Made by a program: the position numbers and the translations under genes. A stretch of DNA of 64,000 nucleotides from Alphaproteobacteria bacterium (GTDB lineage Bacteria; Pseudomonadota; Alphaproteobacteria; MPNO01; UBA830), in NCBI GenBank assembly GCA_964291215.2, contig OZ219790.1, forward strand, positions 864,001 through 928,000, in the 5' to 3' direction. Shown one piece after another: positions 28,030-40,301 of the stretch. How positions within the stretch are numbered: the stretch's first letter is position 1; every line of letters begins with the position of its first letter. The notes below the pieces were generated by a model that had not been told where the DNA came from, did not search any database, and saw nothing but the letters and a program-made list of their open reading frames with translations.

Positions 28030-28265
28030 ACACGCCTCTGATCCGTCCAACCCGAGGCAGCGATCTCTTTCATCTCCTCGACCGAGAACGAAGCCTGCGG
28101 TTTCGCGAGCATGCCGAAGACGGCCACAGCTGACGTGCGCCACTTCGACTTTAGCTGCATGCGCCTGTCCGTCAGCAGGTCGCTCTCAAGCTTATCGCCG
28201 GGCCGCATCCCCAAGTGTGCGAGCACATCCGTGCGCAGCGTGATCTGTTCCTTCGAAGTAACCGT
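28030..28265 (-). pseudogene. AbrB/MazE-type antitoxin, start removed by IS66 insertion
   Basis: TVTSKEQITL..DVLAHLGMRPGDKL...SVEEM; abuts IS end at 28266. Confidence 0.6.
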
Positions 28266-28744
28266 GTAACTGCTCACCCCCTGGTTCCGGCTTGATGTCG
28301 GGGTAGAGTAACGAACGGGTTTTCGTGGAGATTTGACACTGCAGGCCAATTCGTTCAGTGGTGGTCATCGATAACGACGGGGGCCGCCAGTGGGCTACTT
28401 TGGATCGAAGGCGACGAGCGGGCTGTGCCAGCTGCTTCCGGGGCTCCAGCCTCCGCATGATCTGTATGTGGAAACGCATCCGGAGGCGGCGCGCTGATGA
28501 AGCGCAAGGCGCTGCGCTCGATCGGGATCGACCGGCGAGCGCTGGACGGGTTCGGGTGCGACTATCCGGTGAAACTGATCCACGGCTGCGCCCACGCGTT
28601 CCTGGCCGGCTTTGCGTTCCGGGGCACGGAACCGGTCTGCAGCGACCCCTGCAGGCGACCCGCCGATCGAAGCAGCGGTACCGCCACGACTACACCGACC
28701 ATGTCGAACTCCTTAAACTGCTCAAGGGGCTGCTGTGGCAGTAA
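28266..28744 (+). mobile_element. IS66-methyltransferase element, truncated copy
   Basis: End GTAACTGCTCACCCCCT followed by decayed VGYFGSKATSGLCQ...GCDYPVKLIHGCAH methylase. Confidence 0.8.
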
Positions 28745-28838
28745 TGCAATAACGAAGTGCGCGAGAATCTGCCTGCCGCTCCCGTTATCCGTGAAATTCT
28801 ATAGTTGACATATCGATTTTCAAGGATGACTTTAGTTT

Positions 28839-30020
28839 ATGATTGTTGATCGCCCCGACGCCCGCGCCCGCATCCAGGAGGCGTTCTCCGTCCACCCAGC
28901 CGTGGCCCTGACCGGACCGCGGCAATGCGGCAAGACGACGCTTGCTCGCGAGATCGCATCGGACATGCCGGAGAGCACTTTCTTCGATCTCGAAGATTTG
29001 GCAGACCGGCAGCGCCTGCAAGCCCCGCGCCAGGCACTTGCAGACTTGCGAGGTCTTGTCATCATTGATGAAATACAGCGGGAACCCGCGCTTTTCGAGA
29101 TGCTTCGCGTGCTCGTCGACCGGCCCGACAACGTGGCGCGGTTTCTCGTCCTCGGAAGCGCTTCTCCCTCGCTCGTCCGCGGGGTTTCGGAATCCCTTGC
29201 CGGACGTGTGGGCTTGGTAGACCTGTCTGGTTTCGACCTTTCCGAGGTCGGACCGGAAACCTGGCGCAGGCTCTGGTTCAGGGGCGGTTTCCCGCGCGCG
29301 TTTCTCGCTCCCGATGACCATGCATCGTCGGTATGGCGGGAGAGCTTTGTCCAGACCTTCCTTGAACGCGATATTCCCCAACTCGGAATCACGATTCCGG
29401 CGGTTACGCTTCGTCGATTCTGGACCATGCTGGCTCACTACAGTGGCCAGAAATGGAATGCGGCCGAGTTTGCCCGCGCCCTGGGATCCAGCGAAATCAC
29501 CGCGCGGCGGTACCTCGACATTCTGAGCAGTACTTTCATGGTGCGCGCGCTCCCGCCATGGTTCGCAAATGTCCGAAAACGCCAGATCAGGTCGCCCAAG
29601 ATATACCTGCGCGACACGGGCCTTCTGCACACTCTGCTCTCTCTGGAAACGAGCGAAGATGTCGCCGGCCATCCGAAGCTTGGCGCATCTTTCGAGGGGC
29701 TCGTAGTCGAACAGCTCGCTGCCAGGTTCGGAACGGGCACACTCTACTTCTGGGCGACACATGGCGGCGCCGAACTCGATGTGCTACTCATGCGCGGTGG
29801 TCGCAGCTACGGTTTCGAATGCAAGTTCAGCGACGCGCCCGGCACCACGCGTTCCATGCGTACAGCACTTGATGACCTCGATCTGACGCACCTTTGGATA
29901 ATATACCCGGGAGATGACGCCTACTGGCTGGATGACCGGATTTCGGTATTGCCGATCACACAGATCCCGGCGCTCGCACTATCTCCGGGCTCTGGAGGTG
30001 AGCGTAGCGCGGAGATCTGA
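28839..30020 (+). CDS. AAA_14 ATPase with DUF4143 domain
   Basis: GPRQCGKT, IIDEIQ, LGSAS, ESLAGR, RGGFP, PKIYLRDTGL, ELD...FECK. Confidence 0.9.
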   Translation: MIVDRPDARARIQEAFSVHPAVALTGPRQCGKTTLAREIASDMPESTFFDLEDLADRQRLQAPRQALADLRGLVIIDEIQREPALFEMLRVLVDRPDNVARFLVLGSASPSLVRGVSESLAGRVGLVDLSGFDLSEVGPETWRRLWFRGGFPRAFLAPDDHASSVWRESFVQTFLERDIPQLGITIPAVTLRRFWTMLAHYSGQKWNAAEFARALGSSEITARRYLDILSSTFMVRALPPWFANVRKRQIRSPKIYLRDTGLLHTLLSLETSEDVAGHPKLGASFEGLVVEQLAARFGTGTLYFWATHGGAELDVLLMRGGRSYGFECKFSDAPGTTRSMRTALDDLDLTHLWIIYPGDDAYWLDDRISVLPITQIPALALSPGSGGERSAEI

Positions 30021-30999
30021 ACCCAATCGGTGCGGTCATCGGCGTCGCCTCGGCTGCCGTCTCCAGCAACAACTCGGGCGTATCCCGGCGCCAGATTCAG
30101 ATGTCCTGACCTCGGGTTCGATTTTTCCAATCAGAGTGATGCTTTCGGGCCGAGTTTGCGTGCGTTGTCTGGCAGTTCGTAGATCATGCGGAGGCCGGTT
30201 CCGGGGAAGACCGTGCGCATCCGGTTGAGTTCGCCGAGCAGTCCGGCGATGTCGGCGTCCGACTGGAACAGTTCGGCGAGAGGGCGTCGCGGACGCTGCT
30301 TTGCGCCCTGCGCCGCGGCGACGGCGGACATCATCCGAGTCTCGGCGCGGTAGGCGATCATGCGAACGATGTCGAGCAGAAGCTTCTCGCTGGAGGATAG
30401 GGCGTCGAGCCTCTTGTCCTCGTCGAGCTCGGCCACCGTGACATGCTTCGGGATTTCGGAACGCTGGACCTTGAGCGCCGTGTGCTCGGCGTCGAGCGTC
30501 ACGATCTCGTCCTTCAGCGTCCCGTGACGGCGGTGTCGGACGGGGTGCCCCTGAGCAGGTCGGCGACGCGGTTGCGCAGCGTGCCGAGCTCCTCGCGCAT
30601 GTACTTGAAGAAGTTCTCCCGGGATCAGCGCCAGAACAGCGCGCCCGCGACCCGCTCCATGGTCGTGTGCATGTCGGTGGTGACAAGCGGCACCTGCCGG
30701 CCGCTGTCCGGAAGACGCCGGATCTGGCGCACCTCCGACCCGCCGGACAGCGTGATCCGTTTCTCCGCGAGCCGCACCTCGGCGGTCCAGACGCCACCTG
30801 GACCGTGAAGCGGCCGTGCGGAACTCCCCCTCGGGCCAGGGATCGCCCCCGAACCCCTTGTGCCAGGCGATCACCTCCATCCCGCGCCGGGCGAGGCGGG
30901 CGAACAGCGCCGGGCTCCAGCGGTCGAACACCAGCGTCAGCGCGGCTGCCTCTCCCTTGGCGAGATCCGGCACGTCCGATCCCGGCAGGCTCCTCCAAC

Positions 31000-32378
31000 G
31001 CCGGCAGGATGCGATCCGACGAGGCGTCCGAGATCGATGACCACCGCCCTGATGTCGGGCGCCTTCCCGTCCGCCATCCTCACGACGTTGCGATGACCCT
31101 GCGCTTCCGGCAGCGTGTGGAGCAGGCCGATGTCCTCCTCCGCAAACACCTCGCTCGCCGAGGTCGAGGGATGCTCCCGCGCGAGGACGGTCAGGACATG
31201 GACGGCGAGGCACTTCTTCAGGTCGTCGGCCCGCCGGCGGTCCTTGATCCGGGTCTTCAGCGTGCGGAACCAGGTCTCGATGCGCGTCCGCGCCGCATGC
31301 ACGGCCTCCGCTTGCGCCGGGCGCTCGGTGGTCAGCAGCGCCTCGTCGCCGTCTCGCTGGCCGCGAACATGGAAACAGGCGTCGCCCTCGCGGTGCGGCG
31401 GCGCCACCTGTGCGGATCTCGAGACGGACAACGCGCTCCTTGCGGGCGCGCGGGCCGCCGGGATCGTCAGCTCCGTCACGGGCCGCGACATGCTCCCGCA
31501 GGCACGCCTCGTTGCCGTCCGCACGCGCTGGCTCGCGCGCACCAGCAGCGCGGTCCCGGTGTCCACGGCATGCAGCTCCCGGAAGTCGCCCTCGCGGTCG
31601 CAGACCACCCGCGTGTCCGGGCAGGCCGCCGCGAGCTCCCGTGCCCGCCCGGCGCCGGCTGTCCTCCCCGGGCTCCTGCCGGAAGGCCGCGTCCATCAGG
31701 CCCGGGGGCCGGCCCTCCGGCGTCACCGCCAGACCGGCGAGACCGACACTTCCCTTGCCGCCCCCGTCCGGACCCTTCGTCGACCCCGGGCCGCTGCAGT
31801 CGAGTGCCGTCGTGTCCTGTATCGCAAGAGGCTCTGTCCGACAACGCTCGACGGGCGCCTCGACATGCGCCTCCAGAACATGCTCCATGGAGATCCTCGG
31901 GTTCGACAGCAGGCGGCCTTCTGCTCCGCCTTCTCCGGAAAGATGACCGGCAGATCCTCCCCCATGTTCTCCATCCGGGCCCATGTCAACGATGCGCCGC
32001 CGCCCGTCGGCGTGCGCCCGTACTCCCGCTCCGCCCGGTCCGAGATCCTGCAGCAGGCAGGCGAGCCTGGTACGTCATCGGACGGGATGGCGGGCACGAC
32101 GGTCGGGGACGCGCCGCGGCGGCGGAAGCTCGAGACCCACGCGCTCGGCGAGCGCCGGCAGCACCTTCGCCGCCGCCGACAGGCACGGACGACCAGGCGC
32201 GTTGCGCCAGCCGGTGCGTTCGCAAAGCTCGCGAGCCAGACCGTGACGGGTGGCGTCGGCGGAGCGCAACGCGCCGGCGAACCAGTCAAGTGTCCGTGAA
32301 TCGAAATGGCGGAGACCGACCTGCATGCCCGCAGCATGCACGAAACCAATCACCTATATAGGTCTGATACTTTGAAAG
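31000..32378 (-). pseudogene. IS4-family (IS50-like) transposase remnant with DUF4338-protein-like N-terminus
   Basis: LAIQDTT, CDREGD, IETWFRTLKT fragments; N-terminal RHGLARELCERTGWRN..G...LELP. Confidence 0.65.
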
Positions 32379-33420
32379 CCCCTGAGCAGGTCGGCGACGC
32401 GGTTGCGCAGCGTGCCGAGCTTCTGGCGCCGCTGCCGGATGCGGTGGTCGCAGCGGCGCCAGTCCGGGACGCGCGCTGCGGGGTCCTGCTCGACAAGGCC
32501 GTGCACGGGCGTCGAGGCCGAGCCCCTCGCGCATGTACTTGAAGAAGTTCTCCCGGGACCAGCGCCAGAACAGCGCGCCAGCGACCCGCTCCATGGGCGT
32601 GTGCATGTCGGTGGTGACAAGCGGCACCTGCCGGCCGCTGTCCGGAAGACGCCGGATCTGGCGCACCTCCGGCCCGCCGGACAGCGTGATCCGTTTCTCC
32701 GCGAGCCGCACCTCGGCGATCCGGAACCTGGACCGTGGAGCGGCCGTGCGGAACTCCCCCTCCGGCCAGGGATCGCCCCCGAACCCCTTGTGCCAGGCGA
32801 TTACCGCCATCCCGCGCCGGGCGAGGCGGGCGAACAGCGCCGGGCTCCAGCGGTCGAACACCAGCGTCAGCGCGGCCGCCTCTCCCTTGGCGAGATCCGG
32901 CGCGTCCGCGATCCAGCCCCTCGCCAGAGCGTCCTGCCAGTCCCGGACCCGCTGCGGGTCGCTCGCAAGCGCCCTGATCTTGCGCCGCAGCGTCCTGGCC
33001 TCCGGGCAGCGGTCGAGCCCCACGACCGCGCCCCGTTCTCCGGGCGCCTCGTGGCGCAGCGCCTCGGGGTTCCGGCCCATGAACAGGAACGCGAGCATGA
33101 GAAGCACGCTCGTCAGCCCGTAATACCCTTTCGGCAGCCACAGGAACCTGTCCGCGTGCTCCGGAAGACCCTCCTTCAGCAGCGCCGCCAGGACGCCGCC
33201 GCCGGCGACCGCCGAGAGCGGCTGGTCGAAGTACGGCGGCGCTTCGGTCATGGCCCCCGTCGAGGCCGCGACGCGCCCGCCGCTGTCACGCGCGCCACGC
33301 CCCATCGGCGCGACCCCACTGTGATCCCACGCTGCTAATCCGGCGACGACTGGCGAGATTTTTACAGTTTGCGTCGCGCTGCAATCGTGCCGCCAAGGCT
33401 CGATGAAGCCTTCTCGGCAC

Positions 33421-36307
33421 GTAACTGCTCACCCCCTAGTTCCGGCTTGATGTCGGGATAGAGTAACGAACGGGTTTTCGTGGAGATTTGACACTGCAGG
33501 CCGATTCGTTTAGTGGTGGTCATCGAGAACGACGGGGACCGCCAGTGGGCTACTTTGGATCGAAGGCGACGAGCGGGCTGTGCCAGCTGCTTCCGGGGCT
33601 CCAGCCCCCGCATGATCTGTATGTGGAAACGCATCTCGGAGGCGGTGCGCTGATGAAGCGCAAGACGGAGTACCGGAAGATGCCGCCGGGTGAGCGCCAG
33701 GCGATGCTCGCGGCGAGGCCGGGTGATAGCGACGGGCGGCGCGCGAGGAGTTCGAAGCGGCCAGGATCGCGGCGCTGCCGGCAAGGTGGCGGAAGAGGCC
33801 GTGATCCTCGACATCCTCATCGTCGTCCTTCTGGAGAAGACCACGCACGAGCCGGAACTCCGGTCTACCGCCGTCACAGACGGACAAGAGCGTGCCGGGA
33901 GCAACGGCCCGAAGCCGAACCGGCAGATGGGCGACAACCTGCGCAAGACCATCGTCGAGGAAACGGTCGCGGCCTGCGGCGCCGACGGCCCCGTCGAGCG
34001 CCGCACGACATCGTGTTCGAGGTCGCGCCGCGTCGACGCCGAGGAATGCCCGAAGTGCAAGGCCCGGTTCCCCGACAACATCCCGTGCAGTACGGCATCC
34101 AGGCCCTCGTCATCAACCTGCTGGTCGCCCAGATGCTGTCCCTGCGCCGTCGCGCTCGTGCAGGCGATATCAAGCTCTCCGAGGCCTCGGCCATGCTTTC
34201 ACGATGCGTCATGGGAGGAGGCCGCCGTGGCGCACCTCCTGCAACGCCCGATGTCGACGATTTCGGATCAACGGCAAGTGGCTCCATGTCGTCGGGACGT
34301 GCAAGTTCCCGTACCGCAAGCAAGAGATCGGCCCGTGCTGCAAGGGCGTCCTGGGCCTCGTACATGGCAGTGTAGCCACCAGCGGCAGCCACCTGCTGCG
34401 CGAACTGACCTTCGTCGTCGAGACTACCGCGCGACTGATGAAGAGCCTGCTCCCTGCCACAAGGTCAACAAGAGCGCATCCAGGACCCTGAACGACGCCG
34501 TGCGCTACCGCACCATCAGGGCGCCAGGGAACTGCCCGACATCCCGACGAAAGGAAAACGCATCGCAAACGCGCACAACCTGTACAAACGTCTCGTGAAA
34601 CACGAAAACCTGCGCTTCATAGACGACCATCGCGGTAGGGAACCGGGTTACCCCCCGCACAGAACCGGACGTGCGCTGTTCGCTCCTCCCCTGACGACAA
34701 GGCGCTGGTTTGGCCACAGATGCTGGCTCAGTGGGCAGCGGTGAGGGTGTCTGTGTCCCCGGTGAAGTCCTTTTGGGAGCGTCGCCGAAGGGCACGCAGC
34801 TGTTTGTATTGGTGTATGAACTTCTGCAGGCTGCTTCCCGGAACGGCGTAGTAGCAGCCGTTGATAACTCACCACTTGGCCGTTTCGTGCCGGTTATCGT
34901 GCCACCGCTTGCGCAAGGCCTCCTTGATCCGCCGCAGGGTACCCGTTTGCGACCGACCCTGAACCTGCCTTTCCTCGTCTGTTCGCAGAAGTGCGTCATG
35001 CCGAGGAAGTCGAACGTCTTGTCCACGCTTCCGGCGGTTCGCTCTGGCAAACCGACCGAACTCGATGATTTTCCGGGTGCAGTTCAAGTGGGCCAGTCTC
35101 TCCCCAAGGTCTCAGCGTCGCCCAGATGCTGAAAGCCGCACACGAAGTCGTCCGCATAATGATCGTGTCCCGCTTGCGCCAGTGGTTCTGGAACCAGTCG
35201 CACGTAGTGCAGGTTCGCAAGGCAGGGCGCCGCCCCTTGCGGTGTTCCCTTGCCAGTCGGTCCCTTCCATGACGCCGGCGTCACTTGATGATCAGACCCC
35301 CCGATCCGTGAGCATCGCAACCAGATGGTCGCGGTTGTCGAAGGGGCGTCAACGATCCAGTTGACCTTCCGCCGTTCCACCGTGACGGCGCATGATGCGC
35401 CCCGGCCGGAACCGAGGAACTCCGTTTCGCGGCACCAGAATCACACCGCCCGCTGAAGAATCTTGTCCGAGGCAAGTTGCCCCTCCTTGGGAATGTAGAC
35501 CCTGGAGGCGCCCGCCCCTGTGCACACGGGCGTGCAGAAGTTCCACCCCGTACGTTTGCCACACAACGCCCCGCCGCCGCATCCTTCCTCAAGGAATGGA
35601 ACGCAGAACATCACGTGGTGGAGTAGCGCCACAAGACGCTCTTCCGGGTTCCTCTTCGCTACCTGCCGCCTGTGACCCCCGCTTCTGCGCGCGGCGCGGG
35701 CCAACCGCATTGCCCTTCCCTCCAGCAACTCCGCAGAGCCCTTGTTCGCCGCCTTCAGCGGTACTATGGCCGAATCTGACTTCTCGTTCATCATCGGCTT
35801 ACGGATTTTCCTCTGCGGCCCCTCCACGACAGAGGGGCAAGACCTCCCAGGTCCCTGCTTCGGCCATGGTTCTCGGACCCCGCGGAGCCCCCCTCACCAA
35901 CGCGGCTCGTTGCCTTCGGCCACGACCTCGGCACTCCGGTTTCAAAGCATCTCGTGGCTCAATAGCCTGGCCTGCCGCTCCCCAACGCTTCGCCTCACGA
36001 CGCATGGTTCACGGAGAAATTAGCCTCTCTCGGGACTTGCACCCGGCCACATTCCACCAGTTTGCCTGGCACACCCGACGTCAGCTTCACCAACAATGCC
36101 GGAGAACAGAAAATCAGGATGGCAAAGCTCAAGGTGTCCGGATGCTTCCGCTCCACGCAAAAGCATGGTGCCAAGCTACCTCACCTCCATGGCCGCACTC
36201 GGCTACAATCATCACGTCGCAACCCAGATCGCCCTCGACGGAAAAGCCGCAGACATCATCAACGAGCACTACGACCAATCAGAACCCAACTAGGGGTGAG
36301 TAGATAC
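33421..36307 (+). mobile_element. IS66-methyltransferase element, decayed, interrupted by a group II intron
   Basis: IRs GTAACTGCTCACCCC / GTATCTACTCACCCC; 8-bp TSD CTCGGCAC; methylase start then tnpC fragments (QYG, FTNN.GEQ.IRMAK). Confidence 0.85.
34629..36074 (-). mobile_element. Group II intron with decayed reverse transcriptase
   Basis: 5' GTGTG, 3' CCCTACCGCGAT with domain V/VI-like sequence; RT fragments VYIPK, GTPQG, YADDFV, FDFLG; flanks rejoin as tnpC LRFIDDPDVSFTNN. Confidence 0.85.
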
Positions 36308-37260
36308 CTCGGCACAAAAATTGCGATCGAGGAGGCGATCTGTGATGACGCGAGCCCCAACGCATTCGGATTTCGCGTCTCCGAATTAGCACAGGATCAC
36401 CGTGGCGCGACCCTGTCGCGACGGTCCCGCTCGCCGCGGCCGAGAAGATCGTCCGGGCATCTCGTGGCCTTGTCGACTTTCGTCGCCTCCGGCTACGGCC
36501 GCTCTCCGGCGCCGACAAACCCGTTGCTGAGGTTGTAGTACACCGTCGATCTCGCGATCCCCAGTTCCCGGGCCAGTGCCGCGGCGCTCATGCCCTCGGC
36601 CAGGAGACGGTTCGCCGCGTCCGCCGTCTCGCCGGTGAACACGCTGATACCGCGGCCCCTGCGCGGCTCGTGGAAGCTCGCTTCGCCCTGTCCCGGAGCT
36701 TCTTCACCGCCCGCTGCACGGTCGCGCGGCTCACGCCGTCTGCAGGTCTCTTTGAGGAACGCGGTGCCTGGCGATCCGCAGCAGCATCGCCGGCCGGTCG
36801 CCCTCGTCGTGGCAGGGCTCCATGTTCGAGAAGTAGACGGTCTGTCCGTCGACATCGGCAAGGGAGAAGCACGAGGTTCCGATGGCTTCAGGAAGGTGCA
36901 TCGCGAGCGTGTTTATGGCCGGGAGTATCCAATTACAGGCATCATGGTATATCGGGCCATCAGGCGGCTATGTTGCCAAGCAAGAACCGGGAAAATCGTT
37001 CATTGTGTTGGAAAAGGGGGGGGCCGGACTGATCAAGTCAACATCACGAGGTCAGGATGTCTGAGATTCCGGATCGTGGGCGTCGGCCACAGGAACTACC
37101 GGGAATGGTGGACGAGCTTGGGGTCGTGCGGCTCGACAAGAACCTCGTGCCCCATCGTCATGTTTGCCGGGACCTGCGCCAGCTCAACCGGTGTGTCGAT
37201 CAGGAAACGCCGATCCGGCCGGTCGGGGAGCGACTCGATGTCCATGCCCGATTCCCGTTC

Positions 37261-38466
37261 TCAGCCGATATTGATTCCGTCCGAGGTCACCGACCCGCCC
37301 AGCGCCCAGAAACCCCAGGTCTGTAAATGGGTCTTGCGGGCCTGCATCTGCAGCCCGATTGCGCGGATGTCCCGAAACCGCCGCTCGAACGGACTCGAGG
37401 CCATGACCGCGCTGGTCCCGGCGGTATCAAAAAGCGGATCGACGGCGGTCTTCGCCTCATGGATCGCATGCGTACCAGCAAGCCGGATCGTCATCAGCGC
37501 GTCCAATGACATGCGACCCTCCGCGGCGAGATCGGCGGCTCCCGCCTCCGCCGCCTCGACAAGAAAGGCACGGGCGCCGCGAATTCTCGCGCCGGCACGG
37601 GCGACCTCTTCGTGGACCGCCGGATTCTCGTTGAGCGTCAACCGGGCGCCACGCGGACGCTTGTCCTGCGCCAGCGCAACGAACGCATCGAACAATGCGC
37701 GGGCGATGCCAAGCGCGGCAGCGGCGAAGCCAATTGCATAGGCAGACATCAGCGGCATGCCGTGCAGCGAAGAGAGGACAGGCCTGTCATCGAGCATCGT
37801 GGCGCGGACGATAGTCCGCTCATCGGGTACGAACAGGTCGTCGCAGGCAAACCCATCGCTACCGGTGCCGCGGAGACCAACAGCGTCCCACTTGTCCGAC
37901 AGCTCGATCGACTCCGCCGGAATCAGAACCGTGCGATTCTCCGGCTCCCCGCTGACACCGAGCCTGGGCGTACCGTCGCGCTCGAACACGTTGCAATGGG
38001 CCGCAAGCCAGGTCGCGTGGTGGCTACCGCTCGCGAATCCAGTGCGAGCTGTGACGCTGTAGCCGCCCACGACCTCGCGCGCTTCCGCCTTGCCAGGCCC
38101 CCAGGCGAGCACGCCGGCCGGATCTCGTCCCCAAATCTCCTGCGCCAAAACAGGCTCCAAGAAACCGGCAAGCGAGGCGCATCCGTTCCCTTGGGCGACG
38201 CACCAGGCGGCGCTGCCGTCATGCCTGGCAATCGCCTCGATTACAGAAAGAAAGACCGGCAGAGTTATCTCTGCGCCACCATAGACCGCAGGTAGAAGAA
38301 GCCGAAACAGCGCCTGCTTGTGAAGCGCTGCCATCGCCTCGACGGTCAACCGGCGCCGCCGGTCGGCCTGCGGTGCGAGGGACTCGACGATCGGTCCGGC
38401 TTCCGCCACTCGAGCGAGCCAAGCGTCGACATCGAGCGTGGTCAGATCATGGCCGGGAGCGTCCAT
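37261..38466 (-). CDS. Flavin-dependent monooxygenase, acyl-CoA dehydrogenase fold (HsaA-like)
   Basis: LLPAVYGG, DGSAAW, FASGS, WDAVGLRGTGS, ERRFRD motifs. Confidence 0.85.
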   Translation of the reverse strand: MDAPGHDLTTLDVDAWLARVAEAGPIVESLAPQADRRRRLTVEAMAALHKQALFRLLLPAVYGGAEITLPVFLSVIEAIARHDGSAAWCVAQGNGCASLAGFLEPVLAQEIWGRDPAGVLAWGPGKAEAREVVGGYSVTARTGFASGSHHATWLAAHCNVFERDGTPRLGVSGEPENRTVLIPAESIELSDKWDAVGLRGTGSDGFACDDLFVPDERTIVRATMLDDRPVLSSLHGMPLMSAYAIGFAAAALGIARALFDAFVALAQDKRPRGARLTLNENPAVHEEVARAGARIRGARAFLVEAAEAGAADLAAEGRMSLDALMTIRLAGTHAIHEAKTAVDPLFDTAGTSAVMASSPFERRFRDIRAIGLQMQARKTHLQTWGFWALGGSVTSDGINIG

Positions 38467-38916
38467 CAGAGCGCCTCTCGCTGCTTCGTTGTCGTCCAAT
38501 TATGCGGACATCGTCTCAAGCTGTCACCAAATAATCGAATCCATGTTGTTTGCGTTGGCGTTTTGTCTGTCCGGTGATTTTGGTTGAGCGCTTGCCGACG
38601 GGTCAGTCTGCCGGCTTCAGTTGGTTGGTGTTGGGGTCTTTCGGGGATGATTTGTCGGTCAGTTTGGTTGCCGGCTGATTCTCCGGCGCTGGTTGGGGCG
38701 TTTATATTCGGTGCATGGAACAGGCAAAGAGCATAAGGCACCGGTTTGCAGTCCTTTCTCCTCATCTTGACGAGAAGGGTCGCCAGTTGCTCGCGGCGGT
38801 TGAGGCGCAATGTCTTGGGCGCGGCGGAATAACGCAGGTCTCGGATCTCACGGAGTTGCGCGGTCGACGATTGGACGGGGTCTGAAGGAGATTGACGGAA
38901 CGTATCTACTCACCCC

Positions 38917-40142
38917 TAGTAGTCTAACATTATTGTATTGATGGATATAGTGACTTCAGTTTCGTCCGGGCATCCTTCGTCGTGAAACGCCAGTCGACAG
39001 TGACATCGGCCGCATTGCGGCGCTCGACCCACGCCACGGTCTCCCGCAGCATGGTGTCGCGGTCGGGAATGCGTCGCCGAAGGCATTGCCGCGACAGCGC
39101 ACCGATCTCGGCCATGTTGAGCCAGCTTCCGTGCTTCGGCGTATAGCGAAACTCGAACCGCTTTCGTACCCGCCTCCTCGGGCTCGAAGGCTTCATACAG
39201 TGACTGTGCGTGTTCAGATTGTCCAGCACGATCTTTCTGTCGGGGAAATGGTCGTCGGCAAGCTCTTGGATGAAGTGCGCCCAGTCCCGCGGCGGTCGGT
39301 GACTTTCACCGTGCGCCAGTTCTCGTTGGGCGCAAAGGCCATGAAGAGGTTGGCCGTGCCGTTGCGCTCATATTCATAGTCGACCACCTCCGGCTGACCG
39401 GGGGATACGGGTTTCCTGCTGCCGGCTGGTCTCCAGCACCTCGTCCTTGGCAAAGTCCCGCTGATAAATGTCAAGCACATCCTCCATCGCCGCCACGAAC
39501 TGTGCGCTCCGGTGCGGTGGAATGCACCAGTTCAGCCACGGCTTGATCTCCTTTTTTTTAGCGTCTTCCTGACCGTCTCTTCTGAAATGCGCTCGACAAT
39601 CTCCATCTCCACCAGACGGCCGGCGAGCAGCTTCAGCGTCCACAGCCCTCGGGCGGGGACGAACAGGGCGATCAGCTTCGCCTCCATCGCCCCCGTTTTG
39701 GCCGGCGGTTCACCTGCCCCTTGCGGCTGAGGGCGGCGTCCAGCCCCTTCAGGACGCAGCACTTGCGCAAGCGCTCAATCGTCGCCGTGCCGATGCCCAG
39801 CCCTATGTCGGCATCGACAAGCGCCCCCTCAGCATCAGGACCTGTGCCCGGCGCCAGGCGGCCCCGGTGCCGTCGACGATCGCCTTCAAATCCTGGCGCT
39901 CCTGCGTTGAAAGGGTCACGCGGTAGAGCTTCCTGCCCCGAGAGTTGGCCATATGCGCCGCTCCTGTCATTGCGCCGAAGACCTGCGGGCATGCCCGTTG
40001 TCCGGACCTGCACATGGGGCTGCGGCTGCCTGCCTGTTCGGCATCTGCCCGTGTGGATATCGGTACTGTCCGGATTCCAACGAACGCCGACACGAAAATA
40101 CTACCCACAAAAAACCATCAATACAATGCCGGTGGATTACTA
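38917..40142 (-). mobile_element. IS630-family element, decayed (copy 1)
   Basis: DYEYERNGTANLF, LDNLNTH, YTPKHGSWLNMAEI, DWRFTT; inserted at CTAG. Confidence 0.85.
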
Positions 40143-40301
40143 GTTGGGTTCTGATTGGTCGTAGTGCTCGTTGATGATGTCTGCGGCTTTTCCGTCGAGG
40201 GCGATCTGGGTTGCGACGTGATGATTGTAGCCAAGTGCGGCCATGGAGGTGAGGTAGCTTGAGCCCCGGCACCATGCTTTTGCGTGGAGCATGGTGCGGA
40301 A

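Larger units (their letters stand above)
30098..37063 (-). mobile_element. Decayed unclassified transposon hosting nested insertions
   Basis: Terminal IRs CAGATGTCCTGACCTCG / CAGACATCCTGACCTCG with 5-bp TSD AGATT; transposase fragments TLVFDR, RWSRENFFKYMRE, RMIAYRAET. Confidence 0.75.

Noticed and set aside
34629-36074. Retron, DGR or defence reverse transcriptase
   Set aside because: Group II intron termini and a precise insertion site explain the RT fragments.
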